A stretch of 64,000 bases of DNA from Octopus bimaculoides (taxonomy: Eukaryota), in the NCBI RefSeq assembly GCF_001194135.2, contig NC_069000.1, positions 40,689,179 to 40,753,178 of the forward strand, read 5' to 3'. The notes under the pieces were generated by a model, which ran no database searches, had not been told where the DNA came from, and was given only the letters and a program-made list of their open reading frames with translations. The number at the start of each line of letters is the position of its first letter. Positions within the stretch are counted from its first letter, which is position 1. Positions 53,153 through 64,000 of the stretch are shown one piece after another. The position numbers were made by a program, and so were the translations under genes.

Positions 53153-53349
53153 CTTCTGTCGTAGATCTTGCTTCTGATCTTTTCCATGTCATTTGTGTTG
53201 AATATTTCCAACTCTTGTAACGCCACCATAACATGATCTGGTTTTGTTAAAACTGATACATGTTGGTTTGCCATGAAAGCATTTAACATTCCCATCTCAG
53301 TAAGAACATCTTTCAGGCCAGTTGTTCCAAATATGAGAAGACGTCGACC
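53153..53349 (-). CDS. NSF: NSF exon (GRRLLIFGTT...EMGMLNAF...KIYDR+R)
   Basis: ttcatttacag| ... |gtttgt; 197 nt, phase 0/2. Confidence 0.92.
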
Positions 53350-54474
53350 CTGTAAATGAAAGAAGATGAGAGTAAAAGGAATTTCTACTGGCCAATTGCT
53401 CAACTTTCTGACATAGCAGCTACATATGCTTCACTAACTAATCAACATTTTTCACTATCTTAAATGAGACCCATTTGTTTCAAAGCCTGTCTAATTTAGG
53501 GCCGTTATCATCTGGGCATAAACATCAACAGAACAGCAAATTTAAATCAATATACATGTTTGTCGTGTTCATGAGTTGTTTTCAAATGCTTGATTAGTTT
53601 CTCTCTGCAGTAGGTTTTAGCTCAAACAGAGCTGAGCAAAACCCAACAAGAACAATAAAAATAAAGACTTCCTTTCTCTTTATTTACCACCAGAATATTA
53701 CTTACTACACCTTAATATCTTGCACAACTTTCATTAGATTTCTATAGATATACACTGCACTTCATCCAATTGGTTTTGGAAATAATGAAAAATTTCGTAA
53801 AATAATTTTGTCATTGGACGTAATGAACACAAAATTTTGAAACGTTTTATTTTAGATCACTTTAACAGGAAGTTTGTATCATAGAATCAGAGTTAGTCTA
53901 AGTTGGGCTGGTTATCAAAAGACAGATCACCACATATATTTAGAAGGTATCACAATATACCAGATCTTACTTTAGTTTTCAAGACATGTTTTCTCCTACA
54001 TATGTAGTCAATGCTTGAGCATATTTTGAACTTCTAGCTATTTATAGTTACCAAGATCTAAAGGAAATTGTACTGCTATAAATCTATGTTTTGTAAACTA
54101 ATTACATTTTATTTTATGTTAATTGATTTTTAAAAAATTTCATTAGCATATACTTTGACCAACATTTAATGTAATGTAAAAAGTTGGGTTGTATTTCTAA
54201 AATCCAGACAACTTATTAAAAAACAAACCATTCAAAAATAAAGAATAAAAAAATAAGTTTTAATTTATGCATTTTTTCAATTTTCCTTGGTAGCCACAGA
54301 CAGACGGTTTGCCAGCATTTGGCAATGAGGGTTCAGTTGTTTGATCAACTGAATGACTTGCTCATTGAAGAAATATGTAAGTGGCTGAATATTCCAAAGA
54401 CACATGTACTCTTGATGTAATTCTTAGGCAGTATCAATCAAGCAATTAAACATGATAATGACACTAGCATATCA

Positions 54475-54843
<369 letters not shown>

Positions 54844-55076
54844 CTACACTCCTCAACAGAAAGGAACACAAGGCCTTTCACGACACTCAAAGCCAGGCCT
54901 TTCATGGCCCTTAAAGCCAGTCATAAGTAAAGATAAGTTTATAAACTCCCAATCTTTTTCCCTAACAACAGTGTTTACAATAAGAAATTTCCAAAATATA
55001 AAAAACAGTTACTGTTCTCAATGGACCGTGAAGTGTTCCTACTGACAAAGAGAAAGCAGAAAATGGAAATACTTAC

Positions 55077-55143
55077 CAATAATCCGTTCAATATCATCAA
55101 GAAGAATGCAGCTGAGAGGAGACTTGTAAGCATCTTCAAACAT
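55077..55143 (-). CDS. NSF: NSF exon with D2 Walker B (MFEDAYKSPLSCILLDDIERII+D)
   Basis: tacttgtag| ... |gtaagt; 67 nt, phase 0/1. Confidence 0.95.
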
Positions 55144-55374
55144 CTACAAGTACAATGTCACAAAAAAAAAATCATTTCTCAAATAGGTGCAACACCACAA
55201 ATTTTAGGAGAGAAGGAGTAATTAAATGGCATCTCAGTAGTTAATTCATCTCTACTCCTCCCCATTGCTCCACTAATTTTAAGTTCAAGGATACATATGT
55301 ATATTCATAAATGCATATATACATATCTAGTGTAGGGTCTCAACTACTGTGGATTAAGCAGATAACATGTCGAA

Positions 55375-55636
55375 TATAGATGTAATCAAAGTAAACCTGC
55401 AGACAAATACACATATACACACTAATGTGATTAGTCTAAAGTTATTGTTGTTCATACAGAGAAATTAATTTAATTAGGAGCAAGTGTGTGTCTGTGAGCA
55501 AGCATGTTGGTTTTAAACAATTATTTTGTATATTTAATTAAATTAATTTCTCTGTATTAACAACAATAACTTTAGACTAATCGCATTAGTGTGTATATGT
55601 GTATTTGTCTGCAGGTTTACCTTGATTACATCTATA
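55375..55636. repeat. Inverted repeat, 102-bp arms (3 mismatches), 58-nt loop, in an NSF intron
   Basis: 55375-55476 versus the reverse complement of 55535-55636. Confidence 0.95.
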
Positions 55637-55820
55637 CATAGTTGGGAGCAAACTTCTTACTGCGCACACACACACATTATATACATCATCATCATTTAAC
55701 ATCTGCTTTCCATGCTGGCATATATGAGTGGACAAATGAAAGAAAAGGGTACTCAACACATTTAGTAGGTGTTACATGTATTATTTAAAACAGTTTAATT
55801 CCGCTCCATACAACTTGAAC

Positions 55821-56111
55821 TTTTGCGGGCCTCTAACAGAAGCCCATCTCTTTCAGCCTTGAGATTACCAAATAGAGAAATACAGGAAGTCCAAAATAGC
55901 TACCGGAATATAGGCTGCCATTGGTCAAGGTGGGTCACATGGGGTTGTCAGAGTAATATCAATTGCTCAGCGACAGCAGTTCCATTAGAAAGGGGAGTTT
56001 CTTTGACTATGTGACTGAACTGGAAACTGGTGGTGTCTAAATGTCTTGGTGCAGCAGAAGTAAGACTGGTGAGTGTGTGATGTTACAGGCTTCTGTTAGA
56101 GACCTGCAAAA
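55821..56111. repeat. Segment bounded by 24-bp inverted repeats (2 mismatches)
   Basis: ttttgcgggcctctaacagaagcc (55821-55844) and ggcttctgttagagacctgcaaaa (56088-56111). No clear TSD. Confidence 0.8.
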
Positions 56112-56437
56112 CTTTAAGCCATATGGAGCCAATCAAACAGTTTTAAATTATACATACATATAGGTTTGGTGATGCAATACACAAAACTCTTGGTCCTTGA
56201 GTCACTACGTTGCTTCTGCTAAACAGCAATAAACATATATATGTGTATGTATACAGGGAGAGAGGGAGAAGGGAGAGAGAGAGAGAGGGAGAAGGGAGAG
56301 AGAGAGAGAGTGCTATTATCTGTAGCATGTAGGTACATACAAAAAAAAAGATAAACCAATTTCTACAAAGAAACAATCATAGAGAGTTATGGGGAGAGAG
56401 ATCAAGACAGAAAGAAACAATACAACAGAGTGCTCAC

Positions 56438-56571
56438 CTTTCGAATGTACTGAACTTTGGCCATTTCACTGAATCCAATCATTTGCTCAGGGGAACATAT
56501 CTTGACGAAAGGCAGATCTGAGTTGGCCATCAGATAGGCTGCAAATGCTGACTTTCCAGCACCAGGGGCGC
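56438..56571 (-). CDS. NSF: NSF exon with D2 Walker A (GAPGAGKS...PFVKICSPEQMIGFSEMAKVQYIRK)
   Basis: ctgtttccaag| ... |gtgagc; 134 nt, phase 1/0. Confidence 0.95.
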
Positions 56572-57712
56572 CTTGGAAACAGAGACAAAAGGTATTAATT
56601 ATTTACACTGATAGAGGGAAACAGGGGTGTAAGTGATGGAAATAAACTCTAGTGTGTGACATACTTATTTTATCAACTTCATCAGATTAATAGATTCTAA
56701 CAAGATTTGAAATCATTTCATAAGTGTGAATAAAATAGTGTAACATGCAGTTTTGAACTAATGCTACCCTTCATGTGTCTTTTATCAACTCAATACTGAT
56801 ATCTAAACATGATGCAAAGCCACAGATTTGTAAAGAGAGGTACAACTGAGTGAATTAACCCCTGCATCAATAGGCTTTTGGGTTGACTTCAATGCATGCA
56901 TTTGAGCAAGTACCTTCTACAAAAGCCTCAGGTCGACCAGAGCTTTGTGAGTAGAATTTTGTGGGTACTGTGCACAAACCTGTTTTATGTATGTATGTAT
57001 ATATATATATATATATATATATACAAACATTATATTACATACAAAGATAAGAGGAATGACCAGCAAAAGTGGACTCCTATATGCTAGAAATAGATGCCGA
57101 ATCATCTAACCACGAAAAAATATGTTCCCAGTAAAAAATTAGCGACACAACAGACTGTAAAAGGGCAAGACAAATGAAAAAATACTAAATAAAAAAAAAC
57201 GATTAACCTACGCACCATTCTTTCCTCTTATTTTTGTATGTAATATAATTTTAATATTCAGATTTTTTTTAATATGCTATACCACTGGTTTTAATTGATT
57301 AATATCAATTTCTACCCTTATTAATAAATGTTATATATATAAATATATATATGCATTTGGTCTACTATCCTGTTTCACTGTTTATGCTCTATTCAAGTAT
57401 GTTATCTAATTTAGTGGTTTGACAGATAGAGATCAATAAAATAATAACAAGCTGAGAAAATTGTTGAGCTGATAAGATCAATTAAACCTTGAAATTGGTA
57501 CCCCAGCATGACAGTACTTGAATGAATGAAACGAGTAAAAGAATAACAACACCAGCTGCAATAAGTTTTGCTTTCATACAAGTAGGAATCCGTGGATGTT
57601 TAAGAAAAGGAGAAATGTTAAGTGTAGTTTTCTGTTATTTTCTATTTCATCCATTCTTCTAGTTATGGTGACATCAGAAATTTATGATGCCAAGCAACAA
57701 CTTTGTACTTAC

Positions 57713-57869
57713 CATGTAGCAACATGGTTAGAAGAGGTGTCTTTGTGCTGTTTTTGATCTGAGAAATTAGTAGGTTGCCATACTGGAGAACCTCACGAAC
57801 GGAATCACCCCATTCAATGATACCATTTGGAAAGAAGGAGTTGAAGTTGAAATCGCTGCGACCAAATGC
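57713..57869 (-). CDS. NSF: NSF exon (AFGRSD...NGIIEWGDSV...TPLLTMLLH+G)
   Basis: ttccatcacag| ... |gtaagt; 157 nt, phase 0/1. Confidence 0.95.
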
Positions 57870-57874
57870 CTGTG

Positions 57875-58112
57875 ATGGAAGAGAGGAGGACAGTGAGAGG
57901 AGTTTGAGTGAATTGACAGAGATAAACATCAGGGTTTCCACAGTACACAAAATTCTGGTTTTGACATTGTAAAATTCTGATTAAATGGAAGAGAGGAGGA
58001 CAGTGAGAGGAGTTTGAGTGAATTGACAGAGATAAACATGCAATCCATAATAACTATCAGGGTTTCCACAGTACACAAAATTCTGGTTTTGACATTGTAA
58101 AGTTCTGATTAA
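57875..58112. repeat. Tandem duplication of 110 bp (second copy +18 bp) abutting an NSF splice acceptor
   Basis: 57875-57984 and 57985-58112 differ by the insertion gcaatccataataactat and one substitution. Confidence 0.92.
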
Positions 58113-58627
58113 AATTATGGGAAGATTTCCCTTCAGCAATGAATGATTAATACTTTTTAATTCAATTTAAGACTTCAATTTTCATTTTATATAAAATATC
58201 ACAGTCACAAATTTACAGCTAAATGTTTACGCTTTGAAGTTTGGCAATTACAGCTGGGTACCTCAAAGGATGGGCTAATTGCTTGAAGAATGAACAGTTT
58301 GTCATTTACAACAGTATTGCATTATATCCATGTTCAAGATGCTTAACTTTCAAACTTTCCATTTCACTCACTTCTAAATAAGTACCATGAGTAGACCATG
58401 CTTACCACAGCAATCAGTAGAAAAACTTTATAATTGACAATTGTTTAATTAGCTTGTAGTACAGAGTTCAAAGTCTAACATGAATATGGCTTGAAGAGAA
58501 ATGAGTTCTGTCAAACTGTTTCTAAATACACTAAATGAAAACAAGGCAAAATCAGACACTAATTGTGAAAGAAAGAAATGTATGTTTCTAGATATTTTCC
58601 CCTAACTAGGTAATACTTGATACTTAC

Positions 58628-58720
58628 TGGTTTGATATCATCCAATGAGCTTAGGAAATCATCTTGGGTGATTCTGACATTTTCTGCCTCTGTAGGATCA
58701 ATTTCTGCTTTATTGGAGCC
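58628..58720 (-). CDS. NSF: NSF exon (GSNKAEIDPTEAENVRITQDDFLSSLDDIKP)
   Basis: ctcatatag| ... |gtaagt; 93 nt, phase 0/0. Aligns with [32 protein letters not shown]. Confidence 0.93.
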
Positions 58721-59559
58721 CTATATGAGCACAGAGAAACAATACAAAATGTAGTAAATGTTCTTTATTATTATCTTAATAATTGTGGAGTATATTCTTT
58801 TGTAATCAAAGATTTTTGTAATTTTTTTCTGTCACTGATTCATCCGACAAGTTTACATGAAACAAAACTTTAGAAACCATTGCAAAGACACGCATGAAGG
58901 AACAATGTGAAAACAGAAGTAAAAAAAAAAAAATAAATACCATGTCCAGTCTTAAGTGACAATGAAATACACAAATAAGAACATTGAAATGAATATATTA
59001 ACAATGTACCATTAATTCTTTGAATATTGACAAAATATGTACCAGAAAATCTACACTAAAGTTGAGGAAACTTCCTCACCTGCTCCTCTATACCTTCTTT
59101 TACAACAGGTATATTTTAAAAGACAGCTAGGGTTAAAATCATTTCCCTCTTTTTTTTTGTAGTTATCCATCAATAGTTAATTCAACACCTCAATGTTTAC
59201 ACACTAAGGTAAGTCTTTACCTTTTAAGATTTTGTTTTCTTAATAAATACAGAAGTTACATAAATAGTTTTCAAGTTTAAAATTCATTATTGAAAACTAA
59301 AATTTAGTAAGGAAATAATATTTGATATTCAAACAAAATGTCTAGCTGCTGATAAAAGCTAGAAAAGGAGAAACATTCCAGCATCTTATAAGTTTTCATA
59401 ATTCTAGATAAAATTCCATTTCCATTCAGTCTTCCTTAATAATAATAATTCTATAAAAAAAAAAAATAAATAAAACAGCGAAGGGAAATTACTCAAGGTG
59501 AGATGTACAGACGGATGTGTAGTGGCGCAAAATTATGGCTGCCATTAAGGAAGTACAAT

Positions 59560-59615
59560 CTACGCATGCGCAAGGGACTTGCCTTCCCCGAAGCCCCTCG
59601 AGTGCGCATGCGTAG
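59560..59615. promoter_or_regulatory. Inverted pair of NRF1-type motifs inside an NSF intron
   Basis: CTACGCATGCGCA (59560-59572) and its exact reverse complement TGCGCATGCGTAG (59603-59615), 30 nt apart. GGAAGT and ATGGCTGCC lie just 5'. Confidence 0.5.
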
Positions 59616-60294
59616 TAAAACCAAAAGCGTTTCTTTCACTTTCTAACTCTATTCAGCATGATACCTTCGACATGACAGCTACTTGCTCTTAACCTTCCAA
59701 TGCCGATTACAAATTAACCAGCGGTTGCCAGGCTGAATGACACAGGATTTGTAAAACCAAGCATCACCAAAAATAAAACTTATTTTTATTATGTTGTTAA
59801 TTGTTCTACTGTTTCTTAATATATAATTTTGTTGAAAGGTGATAGAGAGAGACTAATGTCTCTATTGCAACTATCAACCTATTACAGATGCAACAAAATT
59901 CTCAATAAATACGAGTTTCTCTTTTAATGAAGAAGGAAAGAAAATAAAATAAAACACTAGTGATCATCTACAGTCTTCATTGAAGAGGGGAGATAATTTG
60001 ACCTAATTCATTTTACAAAATTAACGTTCATGATTCACAGAAAATATTAGCAGGCAGACGGCTATGGACATATTTTAGTCTTACTGAACCTCATTAGTAA
60101 GACAGTCACACGAGCCTGCATGAAATTATCTCCCACTCTTTTGAGAGTTGTTAACAATTCGTCAAGACTTATTTATTTAATTGAGAATCTTTTGCGTGTC
60201 ATTCAGTACATCAACCATTAACCTATTTATTTAAATTTATGCCATTGGCCTGCTTGTGTTACTTCCCTTAGTCAAGCACAGGATTGATTTAATC

Positions 60295-60560
60295 CAGGGG
60301 TTTTCAAACTTTTTGACTTACGGACCTCTTTATATTTCAGGCTTTACCTTAGGGACCCCCTTATAAACGCTTATGAAATTTATACATAAATATTTGCTTA
60401 AAATAACATATATTTTTACATTTATTTAACAAATAGGTTTATTGTCAATTAAAAGATTTCGATTAAAAAACATATATAAAATCAAATTGCCCATAAAAAG
60501 TATTTGCTGTCCACGGACCCCCCTGTCTTGTCCTTGCGGACCACAGTTTGAAAACCCCTG
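60295..60560. mobile_element. hAT-superfamily MITE
   Basis: Perfect 16-bp TIRs CAGGGGTTTTCAAACT / AGTTTGAAAACCCCTG, 8-bp TSD ATTTAATC on both sides, 266 bp long. Confidence 0.93.
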
Positions 60561-60679
60561 ATTTAATCAACTAAATCCTTTGCCTCAACATTGTTGGTCT
60601 TCTGCCTAAATAGTGAGAAACCTGATCCAATATTGTAAAATTATGTAAATTTAGAACATGAAACATTTTCTGGAATTAC

Positions 60680-60867
60680 CTTTATTAAACTGTTCATAGC
60701 AGTGGAAACTGCACAGCGTACAAGACCTTCGAGTTCAGCTCCACTAAAGTTCTTTGTTTTATTAGCAATTTCTTTGAGGTCTACATTGTCATGAAGCAGT
60801 TTACTTTCTCTCATTGACTTAGTGTGGATTTTCAAAATGTCCACTCTGCCTTTCTCATCAGGTAAAC
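60680..60867 (-). CDS. NSF: NSF exon ([15 protein letters not shown]...[26 protein letters not shown])
   Basis: tattaag| ... |gtaatt; 188 nt, phase 1/0. Contains the diagnostic [14 protein letters not shown]. Confidence 0.97.
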
Positions 60868-61651
60868 CTTAATATAGATCAAAGTATATATATATATATA
60901 TATATATATAATAAAACAAATGATATATATGCATATGCACGTATACCTACATCTACACACACACACACATATATAATGTAGGTATGTAGATTCAGAAATA
61001 CATGCACACACACACACACACTCATATAATGCAAGTTTGTGTGTGTATAAATATGCAGAGAAGTAGTAGGATTTATTCAATTATTTGAAGCTGAGATTTC
61101 ACTCTATTTCCAGACTGAAGAAAGGAAATAAGAATTTTAAAGTTGCAATAGTGTAAAAGCTTAGCTGCAAATAAATGAGTGCACACACACACACACACAC
61201 ACACATACAAAACACACAGAGGTTGGCCCAAAAATCTACATCCAGAAAAAGAGAACCTAAGTACCTTAAAAATCATAAATTACAAAATGTGTGCTAAAAC
61301 TGATAACCTTCAACATCTATGCATTTTTGACTCTATTGAGTGCATGAACTTTGAACCCATCTTAAGATATTTGCTGTCCCAGGTGGATTCGATTGTCTCC
61401 TTCAGTGTATCAATAATTCTGGATCAAACCATGAAGACAACCAACTTCAATGATCTCACAAGAAAAAAAAAAAAATTACGAGTTGTTAGTCCTAGAGATC
61501 TAGTGGTTATTCAATTGGACTCTACCCCTATTTCACCTACTTGGGGTGGTGTTATTAATATAACTTCTAACACTTATATTAAAATGTAGTGGAGGCCTAT
61601 CTCATTAAAACAATATTTTATGTTTTTCTAACAAAAGAATGACATCTAATT

Positions 61652-63103
61652 TAGAAATGTAACACGGATGTATGGTATATCTGATATATTAATGCCAAAC
61701 AAATATGGACTTATGAACAACTCACCAAACATCTCAGCCTAAGCAATAATTCTTAGACGGGAATGTGTGTATGTGTATATATATATATATATATAAACAT
61801 CACACACACACACAAGACAAATTTCCTCTGGATTGAAACACTTAGCCCACCCCTGTATACATAAGCAATAAAAGAAACAATCCTTAAAATATTTAATTTA
61901 GATGAAGAAAGAGTTTATTCATCACTTGTAGGATAGTAGGGGCACTATTGGAGTGTTTATTCTAATGCAATATATATCTAAAACAAGTCAGATATTGTAA
62001 TTATTGTTCTCAAAGCATGGATGGTGAAACACTGATGCAGAAAATAAAGGAAGCTGTACAATAAATTCATAAATTTTTCAGATTTTTATATTTCCATTGG
62101 ACAGAATAAAACGTGCTAAATTAGTAATAATCTCTGTTGTTATTGTTGATTAACTGTAATCATCAGCTTGAGTAGAATTCTGGCTCAGAGGTAACTAAAT
62201 GCAGAAAAAGAGAATTCCCTACTAGAGTTTACCATGCTTTATTTGGTTGGGGATCATACTGTACACATCACACTGCATTGAAATAACTGCCTGCATTAGA
62301 TACAATTAGGTTATGTTTCATTTGGTTTGCTATGAAGACCATTTATATATGATTCTCTCTAGAAGAAGGTAATCTCAAAAACATTTCATTTCGATAAAGA
62401 ATTAGTTCATTAACCACTTGATAAACCTTATTCCTAAGGTGGTGAATTGACAGACTCATTAGATAACATTGGATAACATACATTAGATAACATTGGATAA
62501 CATACATTAGATAACATTGGATAACATACTCATAACACTTGCTCCCACTCTGTGTTCTGGCTCAAAAGCACACCAATATCAACTTTGTCTTTCATTCTTT
62601 TGAGGTCGACGACTTGTAGTATTTGTACAGACTCTTTGTGTTTTGCTGGCAATGCCTCTGACATACTGGTACCAAGCAGTACTAGCTTTTAAGAAGACCC
62701 TTCTCTGGGAAACACTGGTGGCATGGAGAAGGGAAAGTTGCTTGCATGGGAAACTGTTAATCTTCCAAACAAAATCCTTGCCCAGAACAGCATATATAAG
62801 TGTGGATACATGGTCAACCCTAACCAACATAGACCTCAGACATATATGATTGTTGTCCCTAGTAGTTAGAAGCAGAGCCAGTAAATTGTAGACTTGTTTT
62901 CTTTCAAATAAACAAGAGATGGTTATCTAGTATAGCAAAGGATATTGTTGTTATGTCAATGTATATGCAAGATTTGTGTTGGTCTGGATCAGATAATAGA
63001 GGTATTGATTTTAAAATGGCTTTGTAGTATTGTAGAAATGTAACACGGATGTATGGTATATCTGATATATTAATGCCAAACAAATATGGACTTATGAACA
63101 ACT
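61652..63103. repeat. Identical 71-bp direct repeat in one NSF intron
   Basis: 61652-61722 equals 63033-63103. Confidence 0.9.
62457..62528. repeat. Three exact copies of a 24-bp unit (cattagataacattggataacata)
   Basis: Read directly from the sequence. Confidence 0.95.
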
Positions 63104-63490
63104 GTAGAAGTGAATTGACCAAATGGATAAATTATTGGATTACCTCTTTGTGGGTTCCAAGTTCAAATTCCCTGCAAGTGTTTTAGAGAATTTCTCAGCA
63201 GGACACTTTATTCTGCATTTCCCCAGCTACTTTTAGACATAGCAGTCCATTTTTCTGGTTGATTATCTATTGATATCTCTGACCATGAAACATTATCTTC
63301 TTATTTCTAATGTAATTCTAAAGTGTTGTGTTCTTTTAGTGGATAGACATGTCATTTCAGGGACTGCAGTGACTCGACTCGAAGCAGATTGCATCCATGA
63401 ACACTTTTTACTCCAGTGATAATGTCAACGATGGTGACAGTAATAATTATGATGAGTTTAGATAAAATTGTAAATAAAGTTTATATTCAC

Positions 63491-63565
63491 CTATCTCCAT
63501 TTGAACCTCCATTCGTCCAGGTCGGGTGAGAGCATCGTCAATCAGATCTTTTCTGTTTGTCATAC
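63491..63565 (-). CDS. NSF: NSF exon ([26 protein letters not shown]), D1 second region of homology
   Basis: ctgtacccag| ... |gtgaat; 75 nt, phase 1/1. Matches NSF [26 protein letters not shown]. Upstream exons lie outside the window. Confidence 0.95.
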
Positions 63566-64000
63566 CTGGGTACAGAAAAAACAATGTGAATCAACAAAAT
63601 GATAAAGTTAACCTTGTGTTGTGCACAATAATCTCTATCTATATGCAAGTCTTCTGGATTCGAGGCTGTTCAACAATATTTCTTTTTTAGATAATGTTAA
63701 AATTCAGATCAAATATAGTCTAGGATTATGCATTTGTTAAAGAATAATTTCCTAAGAATAAAATTAAGGTTGTTATCATGTCACTCTCATTAACTCTGAT
63801 CAGGCAGACATTCGGGATACAAGTAACTGGTCGAGTATTTGAGTGTATTCAATAGATCTAAGTACTTCCCAACAACCTAATTCCTCACATCAAGAACTAC
63901 ACTGCACACCTCAACAATATAGGGATTATTGTATGAAGTCAATATGAGAAACAAAAGCTATCTAAGAAGTGTCTTCAACTTACCAATGACAAGAATGTTG

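Noticed and set aside
53608-53680. Plus-strand terminal exon with AATAAA
   Set aside because: The segment resembles a degenerate dispersed repeat seen at about 16045 and 26270, and A-rich AATAAA matches are ubiquitous here.

Overview
AT-rich, gapped eukaryotic genomic DNA with about ten N-gaps and dense (TA)n/(TG)n/(CA)n microsatellites. The repeat landscape (tRNA-derived SINEs, RTE LINE 3' ends) suggests an octopod cephalopod; this is an inference, not a search result. Four protein-coding genes could be reconstructed by hand with GT-AG sites and consistent phases. (1) RECQL5 helicase (+, 5783-20351, 1370 aa) has only 3 coding exons, the last 3248 nt long. (2) ISCA2 (-, 26512-26982) has an intronless CDS. 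(3) A SLIRP-like single-RRM protein (-, 32178-32471) also has an intronless CDS. (4) The 3' half of NSF (-, ten exons from 63565 to 50673) has its 5' part beyond the window end. The rest is SINEs, LINE relics (RTE, R4/Dong-like), DNA transposon relics (hAT MITE, Tigger/pogo-like, DD37D/maT-like mariner) and several near-perfect inverted repeats. The most interesting leads are: a frame-preserving 72-nt candidate cassette exon in NSF whose only stop is one UGA; an SF3B1-like UHM-ligand motif and a SIM/repeat array in the expanded RECQL5 linker; a paired NRF1-type promoter element, hairpins and antisense exon-like segments inside NSF introns; and a cluster of intron-poor genes next to intron-rich NSF. 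All are hypotheses needing RNA data or raw-read checks. No prokaryotic features, CRISPR arrays, rRNA or true tRNA genes were seen.
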